A stretch of DNA of 64,000 nucleotides, from the NCBI GenBank assembly GCA_963738405.1, contig CAVTWJ010000022.1:64001-128000 (forward strand), written 5' to 3'. The translations under genes were made by a program, and so were the position numbers. The stretch's first letter is position 1; each line of letters begins with the position of its first letter. Of the stretch, positions 8,777 to 18,807 are shown in pieces. The notes below the pieces were generated by a model. That model was given only the letters and a program-made list of their open reading frames with translations. It had not been told where the DNA came from and searched no databases. This DNA is from a candidate division FCPU426 bacterium. Its GTDB lineage: Bacteria; Oederibacteriota; Muellerivitia; Muellerivitales; Muellerivitaceae.

Positions 8777-11700
8777 CTAAAAATAGCCAAATTTCGACCC
8801 CGATTCAGATTCTACAAGGTAGTAGGAAGTATGGTTGTTGGGTGAGAGATTAAATTTCAACCCGCCCTTTTCCATGAAGCTTGGCAAGGGAGTACCCGTC
8901 TTGCCGGATGGATCTACCGGTACCACCTTATAAGTGGCCTTCGGGTCCACCACTATAGAAATTTCCCCTTCCACCCCCTGCATCAAAACCGGCGCGCGGC
9001 CAGGGTCTTTCAAGGCGGTTCGGGTGGGGTTGTAAACCTGCCCGCTGTTTTCAGCCTTGGCCACGGCAAAAACAATAATCCTTGCCGACTGGTTCAGGGG
9101 TTGATGATCCAATGAGACCGCCAGAATCCCTGCCCAGGGATTGCGAGGGGAAACATGCACCCAGATTCCAGAGGTGCCCCAAACTTGATCCGGATCGCTG
9201 GAAGATAGGGCCCCAACCAAACCCTGCGCTTGGGGGCTGTCGATTTTAAGGATTCCCTTGCCGTAATAAAGCGTCTCTTCACCCGTGGCGCTATCCACTT
9301 CCTTTTCGTCGGCGTTGAAAAGCTTTTGAATCTTGGAAAGGTCCGTTGGAGGCGCCTGCATGGCATTGGTGAAGTTTTTCTTCACCTTGGCTACATAGGG
9401 AAGCCAGGGATGGTCATAAAGCCACTCGCTCCGCATGCCGGGGGCGAATACCTGAGAGTCGGTGAGGGGTTCCACGACCGTGGCCTGGGAGGGTTTCAAC
9501 ATCCCCCCGCGAAAGATGAGGGCCCCGGCGATAAAAAGGGGCTCGTTGTCCGGGCGGGAGTTGATGTCAAAATTCGTCATCTTGCCCTGCCCGATCAGGG
9601 AGGGACCATAGTCAAACTGCAGCATTCCATCCCAATCCTGAAGCGAACCATAGGAGGCCATCAGTATCGGCCCCTCGAGTCGGTACTCATTCGGGAAACA
9701 ATCGTTCCACTCGGTGCAGATGAAGGGCTTTCCCACCACCGGGTCGTGGGCGAGGCTAAAGAGCAGGGAGCCCTGGAAGGGGTTCAGCAATTGGGAATTG
9801 TTGTTCATGGGCGCATGGTCCACATCCGCCCAACCCCCGATGACATTCCAATACTGGGGATGGTCCCAGTAGGCGTGGCTGTCCATGAAATCCATCAGGG
9901 AGTCGCAATAGATATTCCCCAAAACGGGCAGGCCCATGTTGCTCCCGGTAAGAAGAGCGTGGGGACTTAAGGGAGTTAAAAAATCTTTCATCTCCTTGTT
10001 GGTCTTTGCCTGTTCTTGCAGAAGAAACTTGAGGCTGGGCCCCTCGTTTTCCGGGTTTAGCGCCGCCTTCAGCCGCTGGGTGTCCCAATCGAACTTGAAA
10101 TGGGTGATGGTGCCGGGCCCGCCCCAGACCTTGTAATCCAACTGAAGCTCGTCCCAGAAGGGCTGGGGAAATTTCTGTTCGCCAAAGCCGCAAAAAATGG
10201 AAGATTCGTTCACGATCTCGTTGCCCACATAAACAGGGTCATCCTTCAAGGCCAGGCGGGTGTAGGGGTTCTCGTGGATTAAAAGCATCTGGGCGTATTT
10301 TTTGTTCAGCTCGATGACCCGGCGGCTGAAATGGATGACCGTCTTGGCGCCTTCTTCCAGCTCGTTGGAGCCGGGCACCTTGTCCCCGGGGCGGAATTTT
10401 CGCCCCACCGACCAGTCGGGATAGACGTAAATACCATTCTTTTTCAGGGCCCCGATGAGGTATTCCAGCTTCTCCAGATTGGCTGAATCGAAGGTCTGTG
10501 TATTGTCGGCTTGGGGATCAAAGAGGCTCTGTTCCCCCCAGTTATTGTCGAGAAAATGCAGGCGCACCAGATTGATGCCTAGCTTGCGCATGCGGACCGC
10601 CACCTGGTCCGCCTCGTCATGGGGCATGAAAAGCCGGGGACCCACGATATCCGTACCCCAAAATTTCACGCGCTTGCCGTCGGCGAAAACAAAATGGCCG
10701 TTTATGTTTTTGACGAAGCCGTGAACACCCGCGGGAGAGTCGTTGAGGGAAGAAAGATCAAGCGGCGCGTCCGAAATACTCGCGGGGGATGAGTAGGCAT
10801 ACCAATCGGAAGTGTCGGTCACCTGCTGGGTTTGCCGTTCGACCTCGATTTTTTTGCCGTCCCTATCCAATAGGGTAAGGCAGAGGTCGTCAAACCAGGC
10901 CCGGCCCACGCAGTTCCCCAGCCCCGCGTCCACATGGACGGAGGTAGCTCCGGGAGGTACCGGATACTTTTTTTCGTAATAGGTCCAATCGGTGGTTCCG
11001 ATAGCCTTACAGGCTGTGTCCTGCCAGCCGGCCACCTGTTGGTTGTTCGCGTCTCGGAAATCCACCCCTAGCCTGGCGGTCATGTAGGCTTCGGTACCCA
11101 CGGTCACGCCTTGGGTTTTCACCCACCCGCCGTAAACAATAAAGGCGGGCTTTTGACCCTGGAAGGAAACGTCTTGGGAAGGAAGAATCCAAGCGGGGGT
11201 AGAACTTTCAACCATGAGGGAATGCATGGACTGGTGACCCTCGGAGGCGACGTGGCCCTGCAGCCAATCGTTGGAACCGGGCGTCTCGAAATCGGGGTCC
11301 AAAAGCCAATTGTCGGTACGGTAATCCACCGGGGGTTTCTTGTCCGGATGGGTCGCGGCGCTTCCGGCTTCCATGGGTTTCAAGTCGAAATCGTAGACCA
11401 GCATTTTAAGAGCGCTAAACCAGGCCTTCCCAGAGCAATTGTCCAATACGAAGCTGACTTTGGCCGTGGCGGCATCCGAAGGAACTCCGTACTGGTTGGA
11501 ATAGGCGGTCCAATCTTTCGTGCCATTCTCGCGAGCGATATCTGCGGGCCAACCGCCTACCTGATTCCCCTTCGAGTCGAAAAAAACCACCGTGATCCGG
11601 GCCATTTCCCAATCCTTGTTGCCCTGAACCACACTGGCATTCTTCATCCAACCTGATATTTCCAACGCCGGCGGGGGAGGTTGGGGCAATGCCACCGATT

Positions 11701-11923
11701 GCTCCACCGAGTTCCAGGTCATCTGTTTGTTTTCGAGGTAAGCGGCCTTGTCGCCTCGAGGACCAGGCTGGGCAGTGAAGATTCCCAGCCAATCGGTGTT
11801 GGAGGTGAAATCGCCATTCTTGATCCAATTCAATTCCTGACTAGAGCCCAGCCCAGGAACACTCAGGGCAAGGGCGATCCATAAAATCAGTCTTTTATTT
11901 TTTTCCAAAACGGGGTTTTTCAT
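8777..11923 (-). CDS. Secreted glycoside hydrolase: two CBM4/9-like modules plus clan-A TIM-barrel (GH148/GH5-like)
   Basis: Signal peptide; two galactose-binding-fold repeats (NWIKNGDF..GTKDWT..GKAWF and NWLLDPDFE..GTTDWT..GRAWFDD); KFWGTD, NLVRLHFLD, EIVNES, DSHAYWDHP, KPFICTEWN. The exact family is recalled from motifs, not searched. Confidence 0.75.
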   Translation of the reverse strand: MKNPVLEKNKRLILWIALALSVPGLGSSQELNWIKNGDFTSNTDWLGIFTAQPGPRGDKAAYLENKQMTWNSVEQSVALPQPPPPALEISGWMKNASVVQGNKDWEMARITVVFFDSKGNQVGGWPADIARENGTKDWTAYSNQYGVPSDAATAKVSFVLDNCSGKAWFSALKMLVYDFDLKPMEAGSAATHPDKKPPVDYRTDNWLLDPDFETPGSNDWLQGHVASEGHQSMHSLMVESSTPAWILPSQDVSFQGQKPAFIVYGGWVKTQGVTVGTEAYMTARLGVDFRDANNQQVAGWQDTACKAIGTTDWTYYEKKYPVPPGATSVHVDAGLGNCVGRAWFDDLCLTLLDRDGKKIEVERQTQQVTDTSDWYAYSSPASISDAPLDLSSLNDSPAGVHGFVKNINGHFVFADGKRVKFWGTDIVGPRLFMPHDEADQVAVRMRKLGINLVRLHFLDNNWGEQSLFDPQADNTQTFDSANLEKLEYLIGALKKNGIYVYPDWSVGRKFRPGDKVPGSNELEEGAKTVIHFSRRVIELNKKYAQMLLIHENPYTRLALKDDPVYVGNEIVNESSIFCGFGEQKFPQPFWDELQLDYKVWGGPGTITHFKFDWDTQRLKAALNPENEGPSLKFLLQEQAKTNKEMKDFLTPLSPHALLTGSNMGLPVLGNIYCDSLMDFMDSHAYWDHPQYWNVIGGWADVDHAPMNNNSQLLNPFQGSLLFSLAHDPVVGKPFICTEWNDCFPNEYRLEGPILMASYGSLQDWDGMLQFDYGPSLIGQGKMTNFDINSRPDNEPLFIAGALIFRGGMLKPSQATVVEPLTDSQVFAPGMRSEWLYDHPWLPYVAKVKKNFTNAMQAPPTDLSKIQKLFNADEKEVDSATGEETLYYGKGILKIDSPQAQGLVGALSSSDPDQVWGTSGIWVHVSPRNPWAGILAVSLDHQPLNQSARIIVFAVAKAENSGQVYNPTRTALKDPGRAPVLMQGVEGEISIVVDPKATYKVVPVDPSGKTGTPLPSFMEKGGLKFNLSPNNHTSYYLVESESGSKFGYF

Positions 11924-12208
11924 TGGGTCTCCCTGGGATTGAATTCCACCATTAGACTCGTGTTAGTTCCCTTTGTGTCAAAATGAATTGCCGACTCAAC
12001 GGCTGTCTTTTATCGCGTAAATTCAGCGTGATTTATTAAATGAAATTAATACGGGGGTTTATTTTTTATTGTAAAAACGCCAAATATCAGCCAAAAGGGC
12101 GCTTTTTTGTGCCATTTTATTTATTTTTTTGTAAAATATTTTCACCCTTAGCGCCTCAATGGACTCAGGGAGTTTTAAAATTTTTAAGAGTAGAAAGGTT
12201 GTTGCAGC

Positions 12209-12409
12209 ATGGCACAAGGTACTGTGAAGTGGTTTAAGAATGAGAAGGGCTTTGGATTCATTTCCCAAGACGGGGGCGAAGATGTATTCGTACACTTCTC
12301 CTCGATTCAAACTGATGGCTATAAGACCCTGAACGAGGGGGACCGCGTTGAATTTGACGTGGCCCAAGGCCAGAAGGGTTTGAAAGCCGAGAACGTCCGC
12401 AAAATCTAA
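12209..12409 (+). CDS. csp: Cold-shock protein (CspA family)
   Basis: [15 protein letters not shown] (RNP1), DVFVHFS (RNP2), 66 aa. Confidence 0.98.
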   Translation: MAQGTVKWFKNEKGFGFISQDGGEDVFVHFSSIQTDGYKTLNEGDRVEFDVAQGQKGLKAENVRKI

Positions 12410-12422
12410 GGACGTTTCATTT

Positions 12423-12460
12423 AAAAGCCCCCGCGGAAAGAACCGCCGGGGCTTTTTTAT
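12423..12460 (+). terminator. Rho-independent terminator after csp
   Basis: aaaagcccc...ggggctttttt imperfect GC stem followed by a U tract. Confidence 0.75.
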
Positions 12461-12484
12461 TTTACGGGCCTTTTTTTCCGGAAC

Positions 12485-13153
12485 TCACCAATCCTGGCAG
12501 AGGGCCTGGGTTTTGCGGTAGTTTTCCATTGTGTCAATCTGGGCGTTGGATCGAATGACTTCCTGTGCGAATTGGTGGTAATAGGGGTTTATCACCCCCA
12601 ATATCATCTTTTTCAATTCCGGACCCGCCTTGGACCTGGAGGTCACCTTCCAGGGATGGTCATGGGTCGGAAAATTCGGATAGGTTAAAAGGGCCCCTTC
12701 CATGAGGCCCTTATATTTTTCCAGGGTCGCGGTATTGATGGCCACATGCTGGTTCTCATGGTCCCGGACCACCCGGTAGGGACAGCTTCCCTCCCCATAT
12801 TGGCTGGAAATATAAACGTCCATGCGGGTGTAGGAAAAATCCACATTGATCTGGGTGGCCCAGACTTGATAGACCCGGCTTCCCGGCCGGTGTTGAGTTT
12901 CCATCCGAAAATCGCTTTTTAATTCCTCGTCGGCCAGGGTTAGGCCCGGGGTGTGCATTCCCTTAAAATGAAAGCGCTGGTGGCGGAGGGCGCCGATTTG
13001 GGCCGTGTTGTGGTCATGAATATAGCGTACCGGAGCGATGGAGCTGGTGAAATGGATGAGGGGAGCGGGCGCCGAGGTTTGGGACCAGGCCCCCTGGGCC
13101 AACACCCACCCTAAAACCAAACAGAATAACGACCAACGCTTGTGGAGCTTCAT
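12485..13153 (-). CDS. Secreted putative Zn-dependent peptidase (DUF922-like)
   Basis: Start MKLHKRW at 13153 overlaps the upstream stop (ATGA); signal peptide; HENQH (HExxH) motif. Confidence 0.6.
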   Translation of the reverse strand: MKLHKRWSLFCLVLGWVLAQGAWSQTSAPAPLIHFTSSIAPVRYIHDHNTAQIGALRHQRFHFKGMHTPGLTLADEELKSDFRMETQHRPGSRVYQVWATQINVDFSYTRMDVYISSQYGEGSCPYRVVRDHENQHVAINTATLEKYKGLMEGALLTYPNFPTHDHPWKVTSRSKAGPELKKMILGVINPYYHQFAQEVIRSNAQIDTMENYRKTQALCQDW

Positions 13154-13806
13154 CGAACGTCCTTCCCCAGTTTCGCCGCGAGATCCTTCGCCTTCATTTT
13201 GCCCGAATAACATTTTTGGGCCAGTTCAAAGGGATCGACTGAAATACCCTGGCGATCCAATATTGAGGCCAGGTATTCAAACTGCCGAAGCGAAGGATCG
13301 GCTTGGAATTTCCACTCCCATTCCCAGAGGCGGCAGGCCGTTTCCCCGATGTAGGCACCCGCCACACCCAGCCGAATCATCGCGTCGGTTTCGGTGTTCA
13401 TCTCATCGAGCAGCTTAGGAAGAAAATCAGCCAATCGGCTCAGGGAAGCCGCGGAATAATCCGGGGATATTTCCCGTAAATCCTCGTCCGCGTTTCGAAT
13501 GACCCGGCTGAGGGTGCGCTGGGCCGTGTCGGCCGAGGACCCCGTCCGAAAGGTTTTGGGATCGCGGCCCTGGAGGATCTTTTCCACCAGGCCTAAGGCG
13601 GTTGCCCGCCTTTTCCAAAGGGCTTGGTAAAGAACCCAGGCACGCAAAGCGGAAGACAAAGCCAGCAGGTCCAAGGCGAGCCCCGAAACCCAGGGCGCAA
13701 AAGCTGGAAAGAAAAAAAGCGGGAACAATTGGTTGCCGGCCATGGCGGCCAGGCAAAGGCCCGAAAGCGCCAAGTAGGGGGTAGGGGAAGGGTGACTAGG
13801 GGTCAA
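13150..13806 (-). CDS. Hypothetical membrane protein with C-terminal DUF3806-like domain
   Basis: Two N-terminal TM segments; DYSAASLSRL...AGAYIGE...WEW pattern; tight packing with neighbours. Confidence 0.6.
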   Translation of the reverse strand: MTPSHPSPTPYLALSGLCLAAMAGNQLFPLFFFPAFAPWVSGLALDLLALSSALRAWVLYQALWKRRATALGLVEKILQGRDPKTFRTGSSADTAQRTLSRVIRNADEDLREISPDYSAASLSRLADFLPKLLDEMNTETDAMIRLGVAGAYIGETACRLWEWEWKFQADPSLRQFEYLASILDRQGISVDPFELAQKCYSGKMKAKDLAAKLGKDVR

Positions 13807-13809
13807 GGG

Positions 13810-14358
13810 TCAAAACTCGATGCCCTCTTTCGAGGGAGCTTGCTGGTCAAAGTAATGTTTTTCCTTGCGCATTTCGGTGACAAGGTCCGCGCGCTCCACG
13901 AGTTCGGGCCAAACCTGGTGCCCGGTCATGACCAGTTCGAATCGGCGGTTCTTTTGGTATAGGTCTACCAGGGCCATGACTTCTTCCCTTGTCACAAGCT
14001 TGCACATGACGGCCGCCAGGATTTCATCCAGCACCAGAAGGTATTGGTCCCCCTTTTCAATCAACTCTCCCGCCTTCGCCAAACCTGCCTTGGCCTCATC
14101 CTCATCGCCCGGCTCATTGCGGAATCGAAAGGCCCCGGGCCCCAAAACCCTTTCCTTACCGAAGGGAAAAAGTTGGACAAGTGGAAGGGCGCGGAGGATT
14201 TTCCGCTCCGCATAATGCTCGTTTTGTCCGTCATAGCCCTTGTCGAACTGCACCAAAACCGATTTTTTTCCCGATCCCGCGGCTCGAATGATCAAACCCA
14301 AAGCAGCCGTGGTTTTGCCTTTTCCGTAGCCATAGTAGATGTGGAACCGGTTTTGCAT
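13810..14358 (-). CDS. cobO: ATP:corrinoid adenosyltransferase (CobA/BtuR/CobO family)
   Basis: HIYYGYGKGKTTAALG, VQFDKG, LVLDEI, ELVMTG, ADLVTEM..KHYF..GIEF. Start taken at MQNRF; the track start 14391 is also possible. Confidence 0.93.
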   Translation of the reverse strand: MQNRFHIYYGYGKGKTTAALGLIIRAAGSGKKSVLVQFDKGYDGQNEHYAERKILRALPLVQLFPFGKERVLGPGAFRFRNEPGDEDEAKAGLAKAGELIEKGDQYLLVLDEILAAVMCKLVTREEVMALVDLYQKNRRFELVMTGHQVWPELVERADLVTEMRKEKHYFDQQAPSKEGIEF

Positions 14359-14452
14359 GAGTTTGCCTTGGGTGATTATGGAGATGTTCACAAAAACGAA
14401 GTCATCTTATCACCAGGGGAAAAGGCGGGACAGGCGAAAGACAGAGAGTAAT

Positions 14453-17400
14453 TTAATTAAGAACGAGTACTTTCCCATAGGGGTTCGGAAGGGGGAACCC
14501 TTGGGAAACGTTGATATAAAAAACATAGAGTCCGCTCGCGACCTTCTGACCGGCAATATTTTCAAGATTCCATGAAATGGAATTCAACCCGACATTTCCC
14601 TGAAGTGTCGTTTTATAAACCAGCTCCCCTGCCAGGTCGTAGAGGCTGAGGGAGATCGGCGAGGGACTATTCAGGACCACCTGCCAGACAATGGGAGTCC
14701 CGCCACGGGAAAAGTTCGGCCGCACCGACCAGCCGGGCGTCGGGAGCCCTGATAAAGGAACTGAAGTAGAGGATGCCGTGGGGGTTGCCGACACCGTCGG
14801 TGTACTGGTGGGTAGAAGCGTTAAGGTAATAGTTTGGGTGGGTGTTTGGGTTGGAAGATTCGTCTGAGTCGGGGTGACCGAGAAAGTCCACGTGGAAGAT
14901 GGAACCGGCGTCGTTGAATTTGTTTCCGTTGGGGAGGCTGTATTTGTGGTGGTCGCGGTAGACGTGGCGGTCAGAGTGTTCGTCGGACTGTTGGTGGCGG
15001 TGAATGAAGATGTTGAGGAGGGGGTGCTTGTCGCCGTAGGGGTTGGTGTATTGGTTCCCGTGTAAGTGGGTGTATCAGTGGCGGTGCCCGTGGCTGTCTG
15101 GGTCGACGTGAATGAAGGCGTAGCCGAAGCCGTGCAGGTGGAAGACGCGGTTGGACTATCGGTAACGGTCATTGTGGGAGAAGCCGTAGGTGTTGAGGTA
15201 AGGGTCGCTGTTGGGGTTTCTGTGGGAGTCGAGGTTGATGTTGAAGTAGGGCTATTCGATGGCGTGGATGTAGCTGTAAAGGTGGCCGTCCAAGTCGCCG
15301 ATGAGGTTGCCGTGTTGGTGGGAGATGCCGTAGGGGTTTCCGTCATCGTCATGGTTGGAGTGCTGGACGCTGTATAGGAAGGGGTTGGAGTCGAACTGCT
15401 CGTGGGTGTGTTGGTGGATGTGGAGGTTAAAGTGGAAGTGGCCGTGTTTGTGAGGGTGCTAGTGGAGGTGGATGTCGGCGTTGATGTCGTTGTCGCCGAA
15501 GATGTATCGGTGGGGCTTGAAGTTGAGGTATTCGTGGGGGATGCCGTAGTGGTCGCGGTAAGGGTCGCCGTCGGAGTCTCCGTAGGCGTGGAGGTGGCCG
15601 TTGGCGTCACGGAGTTCGTGGGAGAAAAGGTTGGGGTATCCGTGGTTGTCGTTGTTTGAGTGTTGGTCGCCGTATGGGTAGAGGAAGCTGTGGCCGTATT
15701 TGTGGGAGTCACAGTCGTCGTATTCGTTCCCGTGAAAGTGGGCGTATGGGTTGAAGTACTAGTGACTGTCATTGTCGGTGTCGCCGAAGTGGTATTCGTG
15801 GGTGTAACCGTCGGGGTGGCTGTCGGTGAAGAGGTTGGAGTCGAAGTAGCCGTCTGGGTCGACGTGAGGGTAGCGGTCGCCGTAGCCGTTAACGTGGTGG
15901 TGAAGGTCGAGGTAGGGGTTCCGGTATTCGTAAGCGTGACGGAGGGTGAATTCGTTGGAGTGAAAGTAGTCGTCCAAGTTGAGGAGCTAGTGGAGGTGGA
16001 GGTTGGAGTAAAGGTCCCGGTAGCCGAAGGCGTGTAAGTCGAAGTTGAAGTCCAGGTGGCCGTTGCGGTTACCGTGGGTGAAGCCGTCAAAGTAGCCGTA
16101 AGGGTTGCTGTAGCGGTAACCGTGAAAGTAAAGGTCGGGGTGGAAGTTCCCGTGTTGGTGAGGGTCACGGTGGGAGTTTTTGTTTTCGTGGAAGTGGCTG
16201 TGTTAATAGGGGTAGGAGTAGGGGTTGGGGTCGCCGTTAAAGTAACCGTCGGCGAGGCTGAGGGCATCGGGGTCAAGGTGGACGTAAGGGTGTAGGTGGA
16301 GGAGGGCGTGATGGTGGGAGTGGAGGCGGAAGTCGGGCTAAAGGCGGACGTATTCGTTGGGGTGGGTGTGAAAGTACCCGTTGGAGTTTTGGTATTCGTT
16401 GGGGTAAAGGTAAAAGTTTTCGCCATCGTGGCGGTAGGGGTGGAAGTACAAACAAAAGCGGGAACCCCGGTTAAATCATTTATCAGATTTTGACCCGTGG
16501 GTGAGCCCCAGCCGGTTGCCAGGTCATAACCCCCGAGAGCCTTATAGAGGTTGGGATTGCCGTTAAGGTTGTTGGTGCTTCCATCCTTGATGTCGTTGAA
16601 ATCAGCGGCGTAATGGGCGCCCAGGCCGATGGAATACAGGGCCGGGTTGGCGAAACCCACCGTAACCCCTCCGCCCGCCCCCTGCTGATTGGCCAAAGCC
16701 AAATACCCCGCCCACAGAGGCGTCGCGGCGCTGGTGCCCACCACCGTGTAGTAGCTGTAACTGGTGTTGCTGATATAGCTTTTATTCGCCACGACGAAAA
16801 TGTTGAATGCGTCCATCGAGACATCGGGAATATTCCTCAGAACCGTGGAACCGCCGTTAGACGCCATGTTGACGCCCTGTTGATAAGAGGGGATGGAAAC
16901 CGAGGGACAAATGCCGCCTCCTCCCCCGTAAGTGACCCCGGCTAGGGGGGCGTTCCAAGTCGTTTCCGAAAGGTAGCTTTGACCCGATCCGTTCATGGTC
17001 AGTTCCGTACCGCCCACCACCGTCATGTCGATCTGCGAACTGTAATTAATCGGGGGAGGCGCCAGGGTGATAGGATCTCCGGCCACGTAAGAGCCGTTGT
17101 CGCCCGCCGCCTGAAAAAACGCCTGACCCTGGGCCTCAAACTGTTTGAAGATATTCGGCGTGTTGGAATCCCCAAAACCGGTCCAGGAACAGCTGATTTG
17201 CGTGGCCTTGTCATCGGTGGCGATCTGGTTCAAAAGCAGGTCGCCGGCGGCGGTGGTGTTGGGAGCCTCATAAACCAAAACACTGGATAGGCCCGGCGCC
17301 ATGGAGATCGCCATCTCGATGTCCAGGGATACCTCGATAATGCCGTTCGAGTCGCTTTTTCGAGGGGTCCCCGAGAACCCGTCCACCAAAACATTGGTAA

Positions 17401-18226
17401 GGGTGACATTGGGAAGCCCCGCCAGACTCTCGTAGCCCGTGATGTCGCTTTTATAGTAGCCCTCGAACTCAAGCAAAGCGACGCTTTGCCCGGTTCCCGT
17501 CAGGCAGACACCCGGGGCATAGGCGTTGCGAAAATCCTTTCCCCAAAATAGGCTTCCGGGCGCCGAACCGGCATTGGGAACCGCTAGAGATGGGTTTTCA
17601 ACCATAGAGAACCCGCGACTTATCTGGCTGCCCGCCCAAGTTTGCGGTGCCGAAACCCTCAGCATGGGCCGGGGCACCTCCACATTATCCAATCCACTGA
17701 TATGTTGAACTGGAACGTCCAGATCCACCGAAGGCTCGTTTTCGGGCGCGTAAAAAAAGGTTCCGTCCGGGCGCTTGAATTGACTGAGGTTAACATTGAA
17801 GGTTTTTTGAATATCAGACACTGAACCCGCAACTTCCATCAACAAGCGGTTTGAGGATGTACTTAACAGGTTCAGATGGTGTGAAAGCGCGAAGGCTTGG
17901 AGAGCTTGATAATCCGCGAGGGTCGGTCCGAATTGCTCGATGAATTGGGCGGGGTTTAAGTAACGACGGTATTGGGGGCTCTGGGGATCGCGGATCCGGC
18001 TTAGAAGATCCTGAAGGGCCGATTGATTTCGAAGAGGAAGACCCAACACCAGATTTAATTGTGTGGACCCATCCAAGGGAGCGACCTTGGAAGCTTGAGT
18101 GATGGCTGAGGGCACATGGCCATGAAGCCTCTGCCGTCCCGCTGCCCAAGCCCCAGTGGGGGACACGAACAACAACACGGTGGCCGCCATCAATAGGTAT
18201 CCGTTAGCACGGATGCAATGCCTCAC
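14453..18226 (-). CDS. S53 (sedolisin/kumamolisin) peptidase with pro-domain, about 560-aa Thr/Pro/Ser stalk and C-terminal T9SS/FlgD-Ig-like domain
   Basis: Pro-domain (LPLRN..SPQYRRYL..F...FGP); catalytic EVSLD, AAGDNG, GTSAATP; tail PN..LYDLAGELV..WNLEN..VASGLY..GKVLVLN. Confidence 0.92.
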   Translation of the reverse strand: MRHCIRANGYLLMAATVLLFVSPTGAWAAGRQRLHGHVPSAITQASKVAPLDGSTQLNLVLGLPLRNQSALQDLLSRIRDPQSPQYRRYLNPAQFIEQFGPTLADYQALQAFALSHHLNLLSTSSNRLLMEVAGSVSDIQKTFNVNLSQFKRPDGTFFYAPENEPSVDLDVPVQHISGLDNVEVPRPMLRVSAPQTWAGSQISRGFSMVENPSLAVPNAGSAPGSLFWGKDFRNAYAPGVCLTGTGQSVALLEFEGYYKSDITGYESLAGLPNVTLTNVLVDGFSGTPRKSDSNGIIEVSLDIEMAISMAPGLSSVLVYEAPNTTAAGDLLLNQIATDDKATQISCSWTGFGDSNTPNIFKQFEAQGQAFFQAAGDNGSYVAGDPITLAPPPINYSSQIDMTVVGGTELTMNGSGQSYLSETTWNAPLAGVTYGGGGGICPSVSIPSYQQGVNMASNGGSTVLRNIPDVSMDAFNIFVVANKSYISNTSYSYYTVVGTSAATPLWAGYLALANQQGAGGGVTVGFANPALYSIGLGAHYAADFNDIKDGSTNNLNGNPNLYKALGGYDLATGWGSPTGQNLINDLTGVPAFVCTSTPTATMAKTFTFTPTNTKTPTGTFTPTPTNTSAFSPTSASTPTITPSSTYTLTSTLTPMPSASPTVTLTATPTPTPTPINTATSTKTKTPTVTLTNTGTSTPTFTFTVTATATLTATLTASPTVTATATWTSTSTYTPSATGTFTPTSTSTSSSTWTTTFTPTNSPSVTLTNTGTPTSTFTTTLTATATATLTSTQTATSTPTSSPTATPTVTPTNTTSATPTMTVTSTSTHTPTFTGTNTTTVTPTNTATASSTHTATNTQTTTTTDTPTFSPTNSVTPTATSTPTETPTATLTATTTASPTNTSTSSPTDTSSATTTSTPTSTSTSTLTNTATSTLTSTSTNTPTSSSTPTPSYTASSTPTMTMTETPTASPTNTATSSATWTATFTATSTPSNSPTSTSTSTPTETPTATLTSTPTASPTMTVTDSPTASSTCTASATPSFTSTQTATGTATDTPTYTGTNTPTPTATSTPSSTSSFTATNSPTNTLTATSTATTTNTASPTETNSTTPVPSSTWTFSVTPTQTNLPTQTPTQTITLTLLPTSTPTVSATPTASSTSVPLSGLPTPGWSVRPNFSRGGTPIVWQVVLNSPSPISLSLYDLAGELVYKTTLQGNVGLNSISWNLENIAGQKVASGLYVFYINVSQGFPLPNPYGKVLVLN

Positions 18227-18412
18227 AACTCTCCCCTATGCCATTTGCCTCTTCAAAGGCCCGGCTTTTCCGTTGATGAACCTGGGTTTCTTCAAAAACC
18301 CGTCGGATGAAAAGGGATTATAAGGTCTGAGGGGATTATTCATCCTTTAAATTCGTTCTCCAAAGGAAAAGCATTTACACCAATCTTTACGTGAAAACTT
18401 CGGTCCCTCAAT

Positions 18413-18441
18413 AAAAAGGGGGCGGAAATTTCCGCCCCCTT
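18413..18441 (-). terminator. Rho-independent terminator
   Basis: Minus strand aagggggcggaaatttccgccccctttttt downstream of the small secreted protein gene. Confidence 0.8.
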
Positions 18442-18494
18442 CCATTCGGCGCCGCTCGCGGGCGCTCTTTTATACGTTAACTTCTGATCGGATA

Positions 18495-18740
18495 TTAATA
18501 CCGATCGTCAAACCACCGGTGTTCCCGGTGAAGGCGGCGCAACTGTTCCAGCCGGGCCAAGCGGTAATTCACCACCCGTCTTTGGGGCGCAAAAACCGGT
18601 CTTACCGGAACTGATACGAAGGTCCGAATCTGGTTATTCTCACACGAGCGGCCTTCCTGCCCGCCCCACCCCTGCGCCATGGCCGTTCCCGTCCCGGCTA
18701 AAAGGGCAAACAAGGCTAAAACTAGAGTTATCTTTTTCAT
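18495..18740 (-). CDS. Small secreted hypothetical protein
   Basis: GGAGG RBS, classic signal peptide (MKKITLVLALFALLAGTGTAMA), Arg-rich C-terminus. Confidence 0.8.
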   Translation of the reverse strand: MKKITLVLALFALLAGTGTAMAQGWGGQEGRSCENNQIRTFVSVPVRPVFAPQRRVVNYRLARLEQLRRLHREHRWFDDRY

Positions 18741-18780
18741 GACGTCCTCCCAAAAAATTTAATTCAACCTTCACAAATAG

Positions 18781-18807
18781 GACGGAGGGTAAACCCCTTG
18801 GGTTTCA
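18781..18807 (-). promoter_or_regulatory. Putative ECF-sigma promoter
   Basis: Minus strand TGAAAC-N17-CGTC upstream of 18740. Confidence 0.45.

Noticed and set aside
14874..16493. Series of Val/Gly-rich + strand ORFs (also 162-359, 663-1052, 7852-8094)
   Set aside because: They are antisense shadows of Thr/Pro codons in minus-strand surface proteins.
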